Shown here one piece after another: positions 55,378 to 64,000 of a stretch of DNA of 64,000 nt. Within the stretch, counting starts at the first letter, position 1; each line of letters begins with the position of its first letter. Origin of the DNA: Candidatus Multivoradales bacterium (GTDB taxonomy: Bacteria > Acidobacteriota > Thermoanaerobaculia > Multivoradales > JAHEKO01); the NCBI GenBank assembly GCA_965223855.1, contig CBDCXM010000008.1, forward strand, positions 672,001 to 736,000, written 5' to 3'. The notes under the pieces are model-generated. The model was given only the letters and a program-made list of their open reading frames with translations. It searched no databases and was not told where the DNA came from. The translations under genes and the position numbers were made by a program.

Positions 55378-56484
55378 TTAGCCCGCCCCTGCTTTCCTCG
55401 GGTGGAAGAGAGCGACCACATGCGTCACGAGAACGTAGAGATAGTGAGCCAGCGGAACTAGCCAGCCCATGAGACCGAAGTGACGGCGGGCGACGAAGCT
55501 CTTCTCTTCCAGAGAGAAGCGTTGGAGCTTGAAGGCTGCCAAGCGCTCGACCAGTGGTAGCTCTGTGTTCCTCCAAGGCTGATCTCGATTGACCTTGCAG
55601 AACCCATGGTGCCCCGGCGCGAGCCATACTCCGACACCCGCAGCCGAGGCTCGCAAGCCGTAGTCGAGATCCCCGCCAAGATGTACCAACCTGGGTTCGA
55701 TGATCCCGAGAAGCCTGGAGACATCGCGAGGTACGAGAACGCAGTTGCCGTTCATGGTCATGCACCGCGTCGGCTCGGATCGAGGCTCCACGAGCGCAAG
55801 GAGGGGCCAGGGTCGAAGCTGCCGCTGCCCTCCGTAGGACAGTTGACCGGTCTCAGGGTCCAACGTCGAACCTACGATAATGAGGTCGCGCCGGCCCGTT
55901 CGAGAGAGCTCGCGGTATGTGGCCAGGAGCCGTTCGATTGCGTCTGGGAGAAGCTGCACATCGTCTTTCAACCACAAGAAGAAATCGAACCGCTCAGGCG
56001 CCTCGTTCGCCGCCCGCAACGCCCTCCGCATGCCCCCACACCAGAAGAGACTGCCATGGCCCTTCTCCATCCGGGTGTTCGGGAATCTGGCGAGGATCGC
56101 CTCCGATGTCCCATCTGTAGAGCCGTCGTCGACGACGAAGGCCTCCTGTCGCCACTCGTCCGACCATTGCTGGGCCTCGAGTGATTCAAGGCACGCCAAG
56201 GTGGTGTCCCGCCGATCGTGGCAAGCGATCAACGTGGCAATCGTGGTCCCTCGCGAGGGCGCTCGTCTCCGACCATCCGAAGACCGGTGAATGACGCCTT
56301 CCGGCTCAACGGTGCCTGCGCTCCCCCGCAACCGCTCGCCCCAGCCAGGGTACTCGCCACGGGCCGGCTCGAAGCTCGCGCTTCGACGGGAACGATCCGA
56401 TATCGGCTCTGAAGGAGCGGCTTGAGAACGCATCGCGGGCTTCTCGGGTCGGCTTGGTCCGCTATCTCTTTCTCTGGGTGACAT
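55378..56484 (-). CDS. Glycosyltransferase family 2; start uncertain
   Basis: VVDDGSTDG, LFWCGGM, NGNCVL, GDLDYG. Confidence 0.85.
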   Translation of the reverse strand: MSPRERDSGPSRPEKPAMRSQAAPSEPISDRSRRSASFEPARGEYPGWGERLRGSAGTVEPEGVIHRSSDGRRRAPSRGTTIATLIACHDRRDTTLACLESLEAQQWSDEWRQEAFVVDDGSTDGTSEAILARFPNTRMEKGHGSLFWCGGMRRALRAANEAPERFDFFLWLKDDVQLLPDAIERLLATYRELSRTGRRDLIIVGSTLDPETGQLSYGGQRQLRPWPLLALVEPRSEPTRCMTMNGNCVLVPRDVSRLLGIIEPRLVHLGGDLDYGLRASAAGVGVWLAPGHHGFCKVNRDQPWRNTELPLVERLAAFKLQRFSLEEKSFVARRHFGLMGWLVPLAHYLYVLVTHVVALFHPRKAGAG

Positions 56485-56589
56485 TCGACTCCGGGCAGTT
56501 CTCTATCAACGCCGCCAGCTCTCTCCTCCTCGACCGAGGGCCTCGAAGAAGGGGCGCGAGGAGATCGGCGTCAGGTTTCTCTGGCCCCC

Positions 56590-57780
56590 TCAGTTGGTGA
56601 ACGCCTCCAAGTACTCGTCGGCAACCCGCTTCCAATCGTGCGCCTCTCCGCTCCGTGCCGCCGCAGCCCGCAACGCAGCCGCATTCGGGTCGTCTAGAGC
56701 CTCCAGGATCGTCGCGGCAAGGGCATCTGCATCGCGCGGAGGGCAGAGCCATCCGTTGTTGCAGGGAGAGATCAGATCCGGTATCCCATCGACCGCGCTG
56801 CCGATGACGATCGAGCCGCTGGCAAGCGCCTCCACGACCACAGTCGGCATCCCATCAGCCTCTCCGTTCGCATCGACAATCGACGGAACGATGACCGCGC
56901 GGCTGCCCGACATAGCAGCGGCGACATATCGATGCGACCTACGACCAACAAATCGAACAGCGCGGGCTACCCCCAGCGCCGTAGCCTCCTGTCTGAGAGA
57001 GGTCGACAGCGGCCCCGCTCCGATGATCACAAGACGAAGCCCGGGGTGCCTCTCGAGTACCCGGCGCATCGCTCGCAACAGGTACTTGAATCCCTTCTTC
57101 TCGACGAGCCTCCCAACGGCTACGAGGTAGCCCTTCGGAAAGTGAAGTTCGCTCGGTGGTTGCTGTGAGCTGTCGAAGAGATCGCTCCGAACCCCCATGG
57201 GCCGAAGAGTCGCCTTCGAAGGTGCAAAGAGGAGGCGGTCCAGCCGGTCTCGGACATGACTACCGTCCGCGAACACGTGGTCCGACCTATCGACGACGAA
57301 GCGCGCTATTGCGCGCCCGGAGGGAAGCTTCTCCAGGAGATAGACGTCTGCGGCATGCACGCTGAGAACGTGCCTGAACGTCGGTGCCCTGCGCCGCAGT
57401 AGTGCGGCAGTCAGGCCTTGAGGAACGAGCCAGTGAGAGTTCACGACGTCGAACATCTGCTGCGTCAGGCACCGATGGAGCGCGGCCAGTTGGGTCGACA
57501 GGAAGAATGGAACCTGAAGGCGAGCCAGCCAGGAGGCACGCAGGTTCTCCCGCATGCCCCGCCCGTAGGCGAGCGCCTGGAGGCGGCGAGGGTAGAAGTA
57601 CGCGAAGCGCCGCACCAGGACGCCTTGCATTGTCTCTACGTCCTGCACCCCCGGGCTCGCCGGCACCAGCGCAGACACCTCACACCGGCGGGAGAGTTCG
57701 GATGCCAGGTCGAGCACGAAGCGAGGTATCCCATCCTCCTCGGCTAGGGGGAAGGTCGAACTGGTAAGGAGCACCCTCAT
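56590..57780 (-). CDS. Glycosyltransferase family 4
   Basis: HWLVPQG, VGRLVEKKG, DGMPTVVVEA. Confidence 0.9.
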   Translation of the reverse strand: MRVLLTSSTFPLAEEDGIPRFVLDLASELSRRCEVSALVPASPGVQDVETMQGVLVRRFAYFYPRRLQALAYGRGMRENLRASWLARLQVPFFLSTQLAALHRCLTQQMFDVVNSHWLVPQGLTAALLRRRAPTFRHVLSVHAADVYLLEKLPSGRAIARFVVDRSDHVFADGSHVRDRLDRLLFAPSKATLRPMGVRSDLFDSSQQPPSELHFPKGYLVAVGRLVEKKGFKYLLRAMRRVLERHPGLRLVIIGAGPLSTSLRQEATALGVARAVRFVGRRSHRYVAAAMSGSRAVIVPSIVDANGEADGMPTVVVEALASGSIVIGSAVDGIPDLISPCNNGWLCPPRDADALAATILEALDDPNAAALRAAAARSGEAHDWKRVADEYLEAFTN

Positions 57781-58218
57781 TCGGAACTAGTGTCCGAAAC
57801 ACTCCCGCAATCTGGCCCCGTCCTCGCGTGCGGATGGCAGCAATACCCATGCGCCCTTGAGGCACTCTCCGTGGGAACACACAAGGCCAGGAGTGAAGAT
57901 CGCTGAAGACACCTGGGACCCTCGTAGGTTCGGGGTTCCAGGTGCCAATGCACTGGGGTCTGCCCTACTACCAAGTCGCGCAACACGGCTGACAAGAACG
58001 CGGCCTTTTCACCGCTCTTCTCTCAGTCAAGGTCGGATTCAGTCCGGCGAATGGAGGAGCCGGCCAGCCGAACACACTGCCCGACAGATTGAAGGGCGGA
58101 CGGGGACGAGCCCACTCTCAGAACGGCAAGTGGGAGCTGTCGCCGGCCGCGTCGTCTCAGTTCGCCGATCCGCGGCTGAGCTGGTCCATCGCAGCAAGCT
58201 CTGCGTAGGGCTGTCGGT

Positions 58219-59070
58219 CTAGGGAGCCGCCGACTCGAGGCGGCGCAGCCACAGGCTGCCGCCACTCAGCGGCGAGCCGTCGGATCGACCGAGAGCGGCG
58301 GCCACCTCTCGCGGCCGGGTGAGGAAGGCGTGATGACTGCCGAAGAGGATCCTGAACGCCGTCGAGTACATCAGGAGGGCGCGGACGAGGTACTGCTCGT
58401 TCCAACTCCGGTTCTCTTCGATCACCCACTCCCGCGGGTACTCGGAGGGCAGGAAGATGTCGTGGAAGTGGATGAGCACGCCTGGAGCCAGGCGGGGCAG
58501 CACTTCGAAGGCGAGGAAGTTCAGGTCGCTCCCGGTCTTCGAGACGTGGGAGGAGTCGATGAAGAGCACGTCGCCGCTCTCGAGTGCCCCGAACTCGCCC
58601 ACGTCGAGGAGCTCCACCCGCGACACCACCAGACGGGTCAGCCCGGAGATTCCGCTCTTCAGGAACTCCCGCGGGTACGGCTCGATGCAGGTGAACTCCA
58701 TCGAACCGTCGAGAAAGCGGTGGTTGACGTCGGCGCTCAGGAGCGACGAGAACCCGCTCCCGACCTCGATCATGCGGCGCGGACGCAGCTCTCGCAGGAT
58801 CACGAAGAGCAGCCGCGCGTCGAGCCAGCTGAACTGCGAGTTGCGGCTGTAGAACCGGTGGGGCCGCGATCGGTCCTCGTGCTCCGGGTAGTCGTAGGCG
58901 TCGATGTGACGCGGAAACCACTCCGTCAGGATCCGGTCGGTCGCCGCCTCGTCGAACTCGATCCCGCGCACCGGGCGCTCGGCCCAGACGGTCTCCTCAC
59001 GCTCGCACAGCTCCTCCGGATCGACGATCGGGGAGTAGAAGTGCCCCGGCGGGAACGCAGCGTCACTCAC
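58219..59070 (-). CDS. Class I SAM methyltransferase (Methyltransf_24-like)
   Basis: IEVGSGFSS, IEPYP, LFIDSSH, HFHDIF. Confidence 0.85.
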   Translation of the reverse strand: MSDAAFPPGHFYSPIVDPEELCEREETVWAERPVRGIEFDEAATDRILTEWFPRHIDAYDYPEHEDRSRPHRFYSRNSQFSWLDARLLFVILRELRPRRMIEVGSGFSSLLSADVNHRFLDGSMEFTCIEPYPREFLKSGISGLTRLVVSRVELLDVGEFGALESGDVLFIDSSHVSKTGSDLNFLAFEVLPRLAPGVLIHFHDIFLPSEYPREWVIEENRSWNEQYLVRALLMYSTAFRILFGSHHAFLTRPREVAAALGRSDGSPLSGGSLWLRRLESAAP

Positions 59071-60064
59071 CGGCAGCCTCGGGCCGGCGGGTGCAGAACT
59101 CGGGGGTCCAGTGTCGATGGCAGCGCAGCTGCTCCACCCCGCCGCTGCGCAGCGCCGCGATCAGGTGCGTCGGCTTGATGACGCCGCGGTCGATCAGCTC
59201 CTCGTCGAGACGGGCCACCCGTTCGATGAACTCCCGCTCCGCCGGCACCTCGGGGTCGAAGTTGTGACCGAAGCTGCGGTCGACGAAGATGTCGATCACG
59301 TTGCCGAACGCGAGGAACACCTCGAAGTCGAAGCGCTCGAGCAGCAGGGGTTGAATGTCCTCTGCGCGAATCCCCTCGTTGCCCTCTACCGAACAGTCCC
59401 AGTTGACGAACTCGTCCTCGAATCGCTGGAGCTGGTGGTTGTACTTGAACCGCCGCGGCAACTCCCGCCACAGATCCTCGACGACCTCCAGCGCCTCGGG
59501 CCAGCGCATGTGGCCGTTGCGGCCGATCATGTCGTTGACGAGGAACACCCCTTCGCTACCGATCGCCTTCCGCACCCGATCGAACAGCGACTCCAGCTCG
59601 ACGATGTGGTGCAGCGAGTGATTGGCCAGGCAGGCGGCGAACGGTCGATCGACGACCCAGTCGTCGATGTCGAGAACACGGAAGACGAAGTGATCTTCGA
59701 GCCCGTGCGCGGCGGCGTCGGCTCGCCCGCGCTCGATCATGTGAGGGTTGAGCTCGAGGCAGTGGAATCGGAAGTTGCCGAGCCCTCGATCTCGCAGCCC
59801 GGTGGCGAGACGCACCTCCAGATCACAGTTGCCGGCACCGATACTGGCGAACTCCGCCGTCCCGGCCGCAGCCTCTGTCGCCGTCCGGCATGCCGCCTCC
59901 AGGTACTGGAGGAAGAAGTCATCGACGTCCTCGAACCCGCACTCGAGGAACATCGGCCGCACCCGGCCGTGACTCCAGACGTGGTAAATCGCCGGCAGGT
60001 CGTGGACGTTCTCGCACTCGCGGTAGCGCTCGATCTCCTGCTCGAGTCTGGAGTCGTGGCTCAT
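59063..60064 (-). CDS. Class I SAM-dependent methyltransferase
   Basis: SIGAGNC, LELN, SLHH. Confidence 0.8.
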   Translation of the reverse strand: MSHDSRLEQEIERYRECENVHDLPAIYHVWSHGRVRPMFLECGFEDVDDFFLQYLEAACRTATEAAAGTAEFASIGAGNCDLEVRLATGLRDRGLGNFRFHCLELNPHMIERGRADAAAHGLEDHFVFRVLDIDDWVVDRPFAACLANHSLHHIVELESLFDRVRKAIGSEGVFLVNDMIGRNGHMRWPEALEVVEDLWRELPRRFKYNHQLQRFEDEFVNWDCSVEGNEGIRAEDIQPLLLERFDFEVFLAFGNVIDIFVDRSFGHNFDPEVPAEREFIERVARLDEELIDRGVIKPTHLIAALRSGGVEQLRCHRHWTPEFCTRRPEAAGE

Positions 60065-60219
60065 GGCGGGTCGCAGCTTGGGCGGCATCGGACGGGGTGG
60101 CAACTGGCGACGCGGCAACTGGCGAGGCGGAGCCGATCGATGACGAATGCAACGAACACTATCAAGTGGACACGGGCCTTAGCTGAGGCTCTGGTAACGT
60201 CTGTCCGCCGGAGGGCACC

Positions 60220-61557
60220 ATCGTCGCGACGACCCCGAAACCCGCCGGACCCGCCACCCTGCTGTGGGTCGCCGCCACGATCCTCGCCTGCGGCCAGGAG
60301 AGCGAGAGCACGCGGCCTGCGGCACCGCCCGAACTCGGCCGAGCCCCCGGGGCCAACGTCCTGATCGTCAGCTTCGACGCCCTGCGAGCCGACGCGCTCG
60401 GCCTCTACGGCTATCCGCGGAAAACCTCGCCTCAGCTCGATCGGTTCGGAGCCGAAGCCCTGGTCTTCGAGCGCGCCTACACTTCCGCCCCGGTGACGCC
60501 CACCTCTTTCGCCGGCGCCTTCACCAGCCGACTCGCCCACGACAGTTTCCGCGGCTGGAGGCTCTCGGAGCTGCCGACGATGGCGGAGGCCTTCCGCGAA
60601 GCCGGGTACGCCACTTTCGGCCTGATGAACAACTCCCAGGTCACCGCGGAGCGTGGCTTCCACCGCGGGTTCGACGACTACGCGACCCCGCGTCTGCCTG
60701 ATGAGGAGCTGCTCGAAGAGGCGATCGCCTGGCTCGACGAACCGCCCGACCGGTGGTTCGCGTGGGTCCACTTCATCTCACCTCACTCGCCCTACGATCG
60801 ACGGGACGAGGCGGCCCACCTCTACGAACCGTACGAGGGGCCGTTCTCCGAAACGACGACCTCCGACTTCCATCCGACCGAGCCGGCCGACATGGCTCGC
60901 GTCCGCGCGCTCTACGACGGGGAGGTGTTCTTCGCCGACACGCTCTTCGGCCGGCTGTTCGCGGCGATCGATGAACAGGTGCTCGACGAGACCCTCGTCC
61001 TCGTCACCGCGGACCATGGCGAGGAGTTCGGTGAACACGGGCGCTATCAGCACTGGAGCCTCCACGAGGAGGGCCTGAGGGTGCCGCTCCTGATCCGCTA
61101 CCCCGGAGGGAACCCGCGCGGTCGCGTAGAGCGCCGCGTGAGCCAGCTCGACCTCTGGCCGACACTCGCCTCGATCGTCGGCATCGAGCCGCCCGAGGCT
61201 AGCGACGGAGTCGATCTGCTGGACAACAAGGACCAGGGGCGGCCGATCCCGGCGGTCGCGATGACCGACACCTCCTACCGCGGCGCCGGCATCACCGCGG
61301 GTGATTGGCGCCTGATCGTCGACTGCCTGCCGGAGCGCCGGGCGAAGCTGTTCGACCTCGCCTCCGATCCGACCGAGAGCCGGGATGTCGCCGAGAGCGA
61401 GCCCCTCAGGACACGGGAACTCCTGGCCGAGCTCCGACGCATCGTCGGTCCGCGGCCGTGCGACGCCCTCGTCGCCGCGATCCGCGGCGCCGATCCGACG
61501 GCCGGCCTCGCCGACGAGACGGTGGAAGAGCTCCGCGCGCTGGGTTACATCGACTAG
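60220..61557 (+). CDS. Sulfatase-family lipoprotein; apparent non-canonical ATC start
   Basis: Frame is open upstream of 60493 and gives ILAC lipobox and NVLIVSFDALRAD; PHSPY, TADHGE, LRALGYI; GGAGG precedes ATC 60220. Confidence 0.75.
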   Translation: MVATTPKPAGPATLLWVAATILACGQESESTRPAAPPELGRAPGANVLIVSFDALRADALGLYGYPRKTSPQLDRFGAEALVFERAYTSAPVTPTSFAGAFTSRLAHDSFRGWRLSELPTMAEAFREAGYATFGLMNNSQVTAERGFHRGFDDYATPRLPDEELLEEAIAWLDEPPDRWFAWVHFISPHSPYDRRDEAAHLYEPYEGPFSETTTSDFHPTEPADMARVRALYDGEVFFADTLFGRLFAAIDEQVLDETLVLVTADHGEEFGEHGRYQHWSLHEEGLRVPLLIRYPGGNPRGRVERRVSQLDLWPTLASIVGIEPPEASDGVDLLDNKDQGRPIPAVAMTDTSYRGAGITAGDWRLIVDCLPERRAKLFDLASDPTESRDVAESEPLRTRELLAELRRIVGPRPCDALVAAIRGADPTAGLADETVEELRALGYID

Positions 61558-62663
61558 GGCAGCTTCGAGTCGCCCAGGCTTGCCCCGCGGGCAGCCTCCG
61601 CCACCACAGGCCCGAGGGCCCGTGCCCAACGCCGCTGCACCTCGGGGCCGGGATGAGAGTCCCAGCCGAGGCTGAAACGCTCGAGAAACTCCTCCAGCGA
61701 CCCGACTTCGGGAAAGAGGCCCAGCAGATCGACGATCGGCACTTCCCGGTCTTCGGCGAGGCGCGCCATCATCGCCCGGTAGTCGGAGACGCCGACGTAG
61801 GGGGCCAGCACGACGGCCGCCCCACCGGTGCGAGCCTGCCGAATCATCTCCTCCAGGGGCTCGTGGACGCTCGTTCGCAGCCGCTGTGAGATCGGGCCGG
61901 ACGCCAGGGGACCGGGCCATCCGCCGTTGTCCGCACGCCCATCACTTCCGGTCGGAACCGGCGCTTCCTCGTCGCCGCCTTCTCCGGCGGCACGCCTGCG
62001 CAGCTGCAACCGCAGGTAGAGGTACGCACGACTGCTCCTCAGCCAGGTCGAGGCGTGGTCGGTCACACCCTGTTGGATCGCCCGATCGGGGACCCGAGTC
62101 GTCGGGTCTTCGCTGCCGTCCCAATGAAGCCAGCCCTCCCCGTCCACCAGGAGCGCCGGCTTGTGATCGTTGTTGGCCGGCATGAGAAGCACCAGGTGCG
62201 GGGAGTACTCGAGAGCTCTGCCGAGACTCGCGAGCTGCTGCTGCGAGTTGTAGCCGTTGACGGCGAAGTTCAGCACCTCGCTCGGAGGTCCGCCCGCGGC
62301 ACGTACCGCCGCCGGCAGCAGGCCGGCCAGCGACTCTTCGGGCTCGACACCGAAACCGAAGCCGATCGAGTCGCCGATGAGAGCGATGCGCAGCACCCCC
62401 TGCCTCGCCTCGGGCGACCACTCGCCGCCGCGGAACCCCTCGCTGTTGGTGGTCAGGTCGGCGCCGAAGGCGGTACCGCGGAAGTTCTCCCGATAGGTGT
62501 ATCCAAGGCTGTCGTCCTCGGCGCGCCGATAGATGTTGCCGATCGGCCAGAACACCTCCTCGGGTACGAGGAGCCGGGTGAGGATCTCCGCACCCGCGGC
62601 GACGACCACCGCTGCCAGTAGGGCGGTCAGGCAGCCGAAGGCGAGATTCCGGGTGGGTTTCAC
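61554..62663 (-). CDS. SGNH/GDSL hydrolase-family membrane-anchored protein
   Basis: GDSIGFG, NFAVNGY, NND, DSHP. Confidence 0.85.
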   Translation of the reverse strand: MKPTRNLAFGCLTALLAAVVVAAGAEILTRLLVPEEVFWPIGNIYRRAEDDSLGYTYRENFRGTAFGADLTTNSEGFRGGEWSPEARQGVLRIALIGDSIGFGFGVEPEESLAGLLPAAVRAAGGPPSEVLNFAVNGYNSQQQLASLGRALEYSPHLVLLMPANNDHKPALLVDGEGWLHWDGSEDPTTRVPDRAIQQGVTDHASTWLRSSRAYLYLRLQLRRRAAGEGGDEEAPVPTGSDGRADNGGWPGPLASGPISQRLRTSVHEPLEEMIRQARTGGAAVVLAPYVGVSDYRAMMARLAEDREVPIVDLLGLFPEVGSLEEFLERFSLGWDSHPGPEVQRRWARALGPVVAEAARGASLGDSKLP

Positions 62664-62688
62664 GGCGGGCGAAAGGACCGGAGACAAG

Positions 62689-62715
62689 AAAAAGGCAGGC
62701 GCCGGAGCGCCTGCC
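62689..62715 (-). terminator. Rho-independent terminator
   Basis: GGCAGGCGC-tccg-GCGCCTGCC-TTTTT on the minus strand after the 62743 stop. Confidence 0.8.
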
Positions 62716-62742
62716 TCGAGCGTACAACGCTGGTGAGGACTC

Positions 62743-63942
62743 CTACTGCTCGGAGACCTCGCCCTCCGGGGTCTCGAGAGCGGCGAGTCGCGCCTCGAGG
62801 GCGGCGATCGTCTCGTGCTGCTGCAGCGTGTAGAGCGTCAGCTCCTCGATCTTCTCGAGCAGCTTCATCTGCATCTTGGAGACGCTGATCGGGCCGACGA
62901 GCTCCTCGGCCGAGGGGACGTTGGGCAGGTGCCCGTTCTCGTCGATGAACGCCTCGACCTCGTCGAGCGGCAGCAGGTCGTAGTCGTCCTCGAACACGTA
63001 GTCGGGAGCGCACGGCATGGTCTGCGCGACACAGGTCGCGGAGTAGACCTCGCCGGGAACGACAAGGTCACCGTCGGTCTCGAACGAGAACACCGGCCCG
63101 CCGGTGTTGATGAAGGCGAAGTTGCCGGTGCCGTTGAGCACATCGAAGTTCCAGACCGACGGCACGGAGTTGTTGACCATCTCGAGGCGCGGTCGGGCGC
63201 CGCTCTCGAGGCTCAGCAGCTGTGTCGTTCCAGCTGTGTCCGTCGTCTCGATGTGGAGGCCGTCTGCGGCGTCGTTGTAGAGGATGTGCATGTTGGAGTC
63301 CGGACTGAACGTTCCGACACCGATGTCTCCCGTGTTCTGCTCGATGGTCAGCGACTCCGACGGTGCGCTCAGACCGATCCGAAACGGCAGGGTCGATCCG
63401 TTCGTCGCGTCCCGGATGAAGAACCCGGCCTCGTTGCCCGCCACGTCCCAGGTCTGTGGCGAGAAGCCGGACGTTCCGTCCTGCTGCAGGCGCAAGGTGG
63501 GGGTGTTGCCGTCCTTGACCTCGATCTCCACGACCGGCGTCGTCGTACCCTGACCCCACTCACCCTGGCTGTCGATCACCATGGAGTTCGCTGGAGCCCC
63601 GGCGAACACCCGGAACAGGAAACGTCCGGCGCTCGCGTCCTCGATCGAGAAGTGGTTGGCACCCCCGTTGGTCGAGTCGTTCGCCGTGAGGCGCCAGTCG
63701 TTCGGCGGGAAGCTGGCCGAGTTCGACGTATCCAGGAAGTGGAACCTGACGTTGTTCTCCTTCACTCGGATGGTGTCGGAGCCGAAGGACTCGCCGTTGA
63801 CGCAGTCGAGGCCTACGCACATCGAGCCGTCGATGATGCAGTCGTCGAGGATGACGTGGTCGGCGGCCGCGGGCATGCCGACGAAGGCAATCGCTCCCAG
63901 GAGGAGCGTCACCGTCCCGGCAGTAGCGTTGAACTTGATCAT
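62743..63942 (-). CDS. Secreted beta-rich fibre-like protein with a C-terminal intramolecular-chaperone (S74-like) coiled coil
   Basis: Signal peptide; IGVGT repeats; PDYVF...GHLPNVPSAEE...LLEKIEELTLY. Confidence 0.75.
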   Translation of the reverse strand: MIKFNATAGTVTLLLGAIAFVGMPAAADHVILDDCIIDGSMCVGLDCVNGESFGSDTIRVKENNVRFHFLDTSNSASFPPNDWRLTANDSTNGGANHFSIEDASAGRFLFRVFAGAPANSMVIDSQGEWGQGTTTPVVEIEVKDGNTPTLRLQQDGTSGFSPQTWDVAGNEAGFFIRDATNGSTLPFRIGLSAPSESLTIEQNTGDIGVGTFSPDSNMHILYNDAADGLHIETTDTAGTTQLLSLESGARPRLEMVNNSVPSVWNFDVLNGTGNFAFINTGGPVFSFETDGDLVVPGEVYSATCVAQTMPCAPDYVFEDDYDLLPLDEVEAFIDENGHLPNVPSAEELVGPISVSKMQMKLLEKIEELTLYTLQQHETIAALEARLAALETPEGEVSEQ

Positions 63943-64000
63943 CGTCTCTCTCCCTGGCTCAGGCTTCGTCACGAGGGCCGCGCTGAGCCTCGACGAGGCT

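Overview
GC-rich bacterial DNA, probably Acidobacteriota/Thermoanaerobaculia-like (inferred from IFxDGFESGD C-terminal motifs and the TIGR02999-like ECF sigma + TPR kinase pair). It carries secreted peptidases and hydrolases, a sulfated-glycan locus, Cys-rich secreted proteins, IS remnants and two ECF sigma/Hanks kinase pairs. Two things are not visible in the ORF track. (1) Six RBS-preceded 16-18 codon genes share a 10-residue leader, M[KR][VA][KR]T[NQK][VL]x[AV]G, and have two core classes ([QE]SxxxIL[EG] and x[NS]PW[FL]E). They lie around a membrane TPR Ser/Thr kinase-ECF pair and directly behind a HlyD + C39-peptidase ABC + ABC exporter operon. (2) A bipartite (T)GAGnn-N17-CGCG motif with invariant spacing lies 13-145 nt upstream of 16 genes or operons, including both peptide clusters. 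Together these suggest a candidate peptide-pheromone -> TPR kinase -> ECF sigma signalling circuit with a large secretome regulon. The parts are seen in the sequence; the circuit is inference. No rRNA, tRNA or CRISPR array was recognised.
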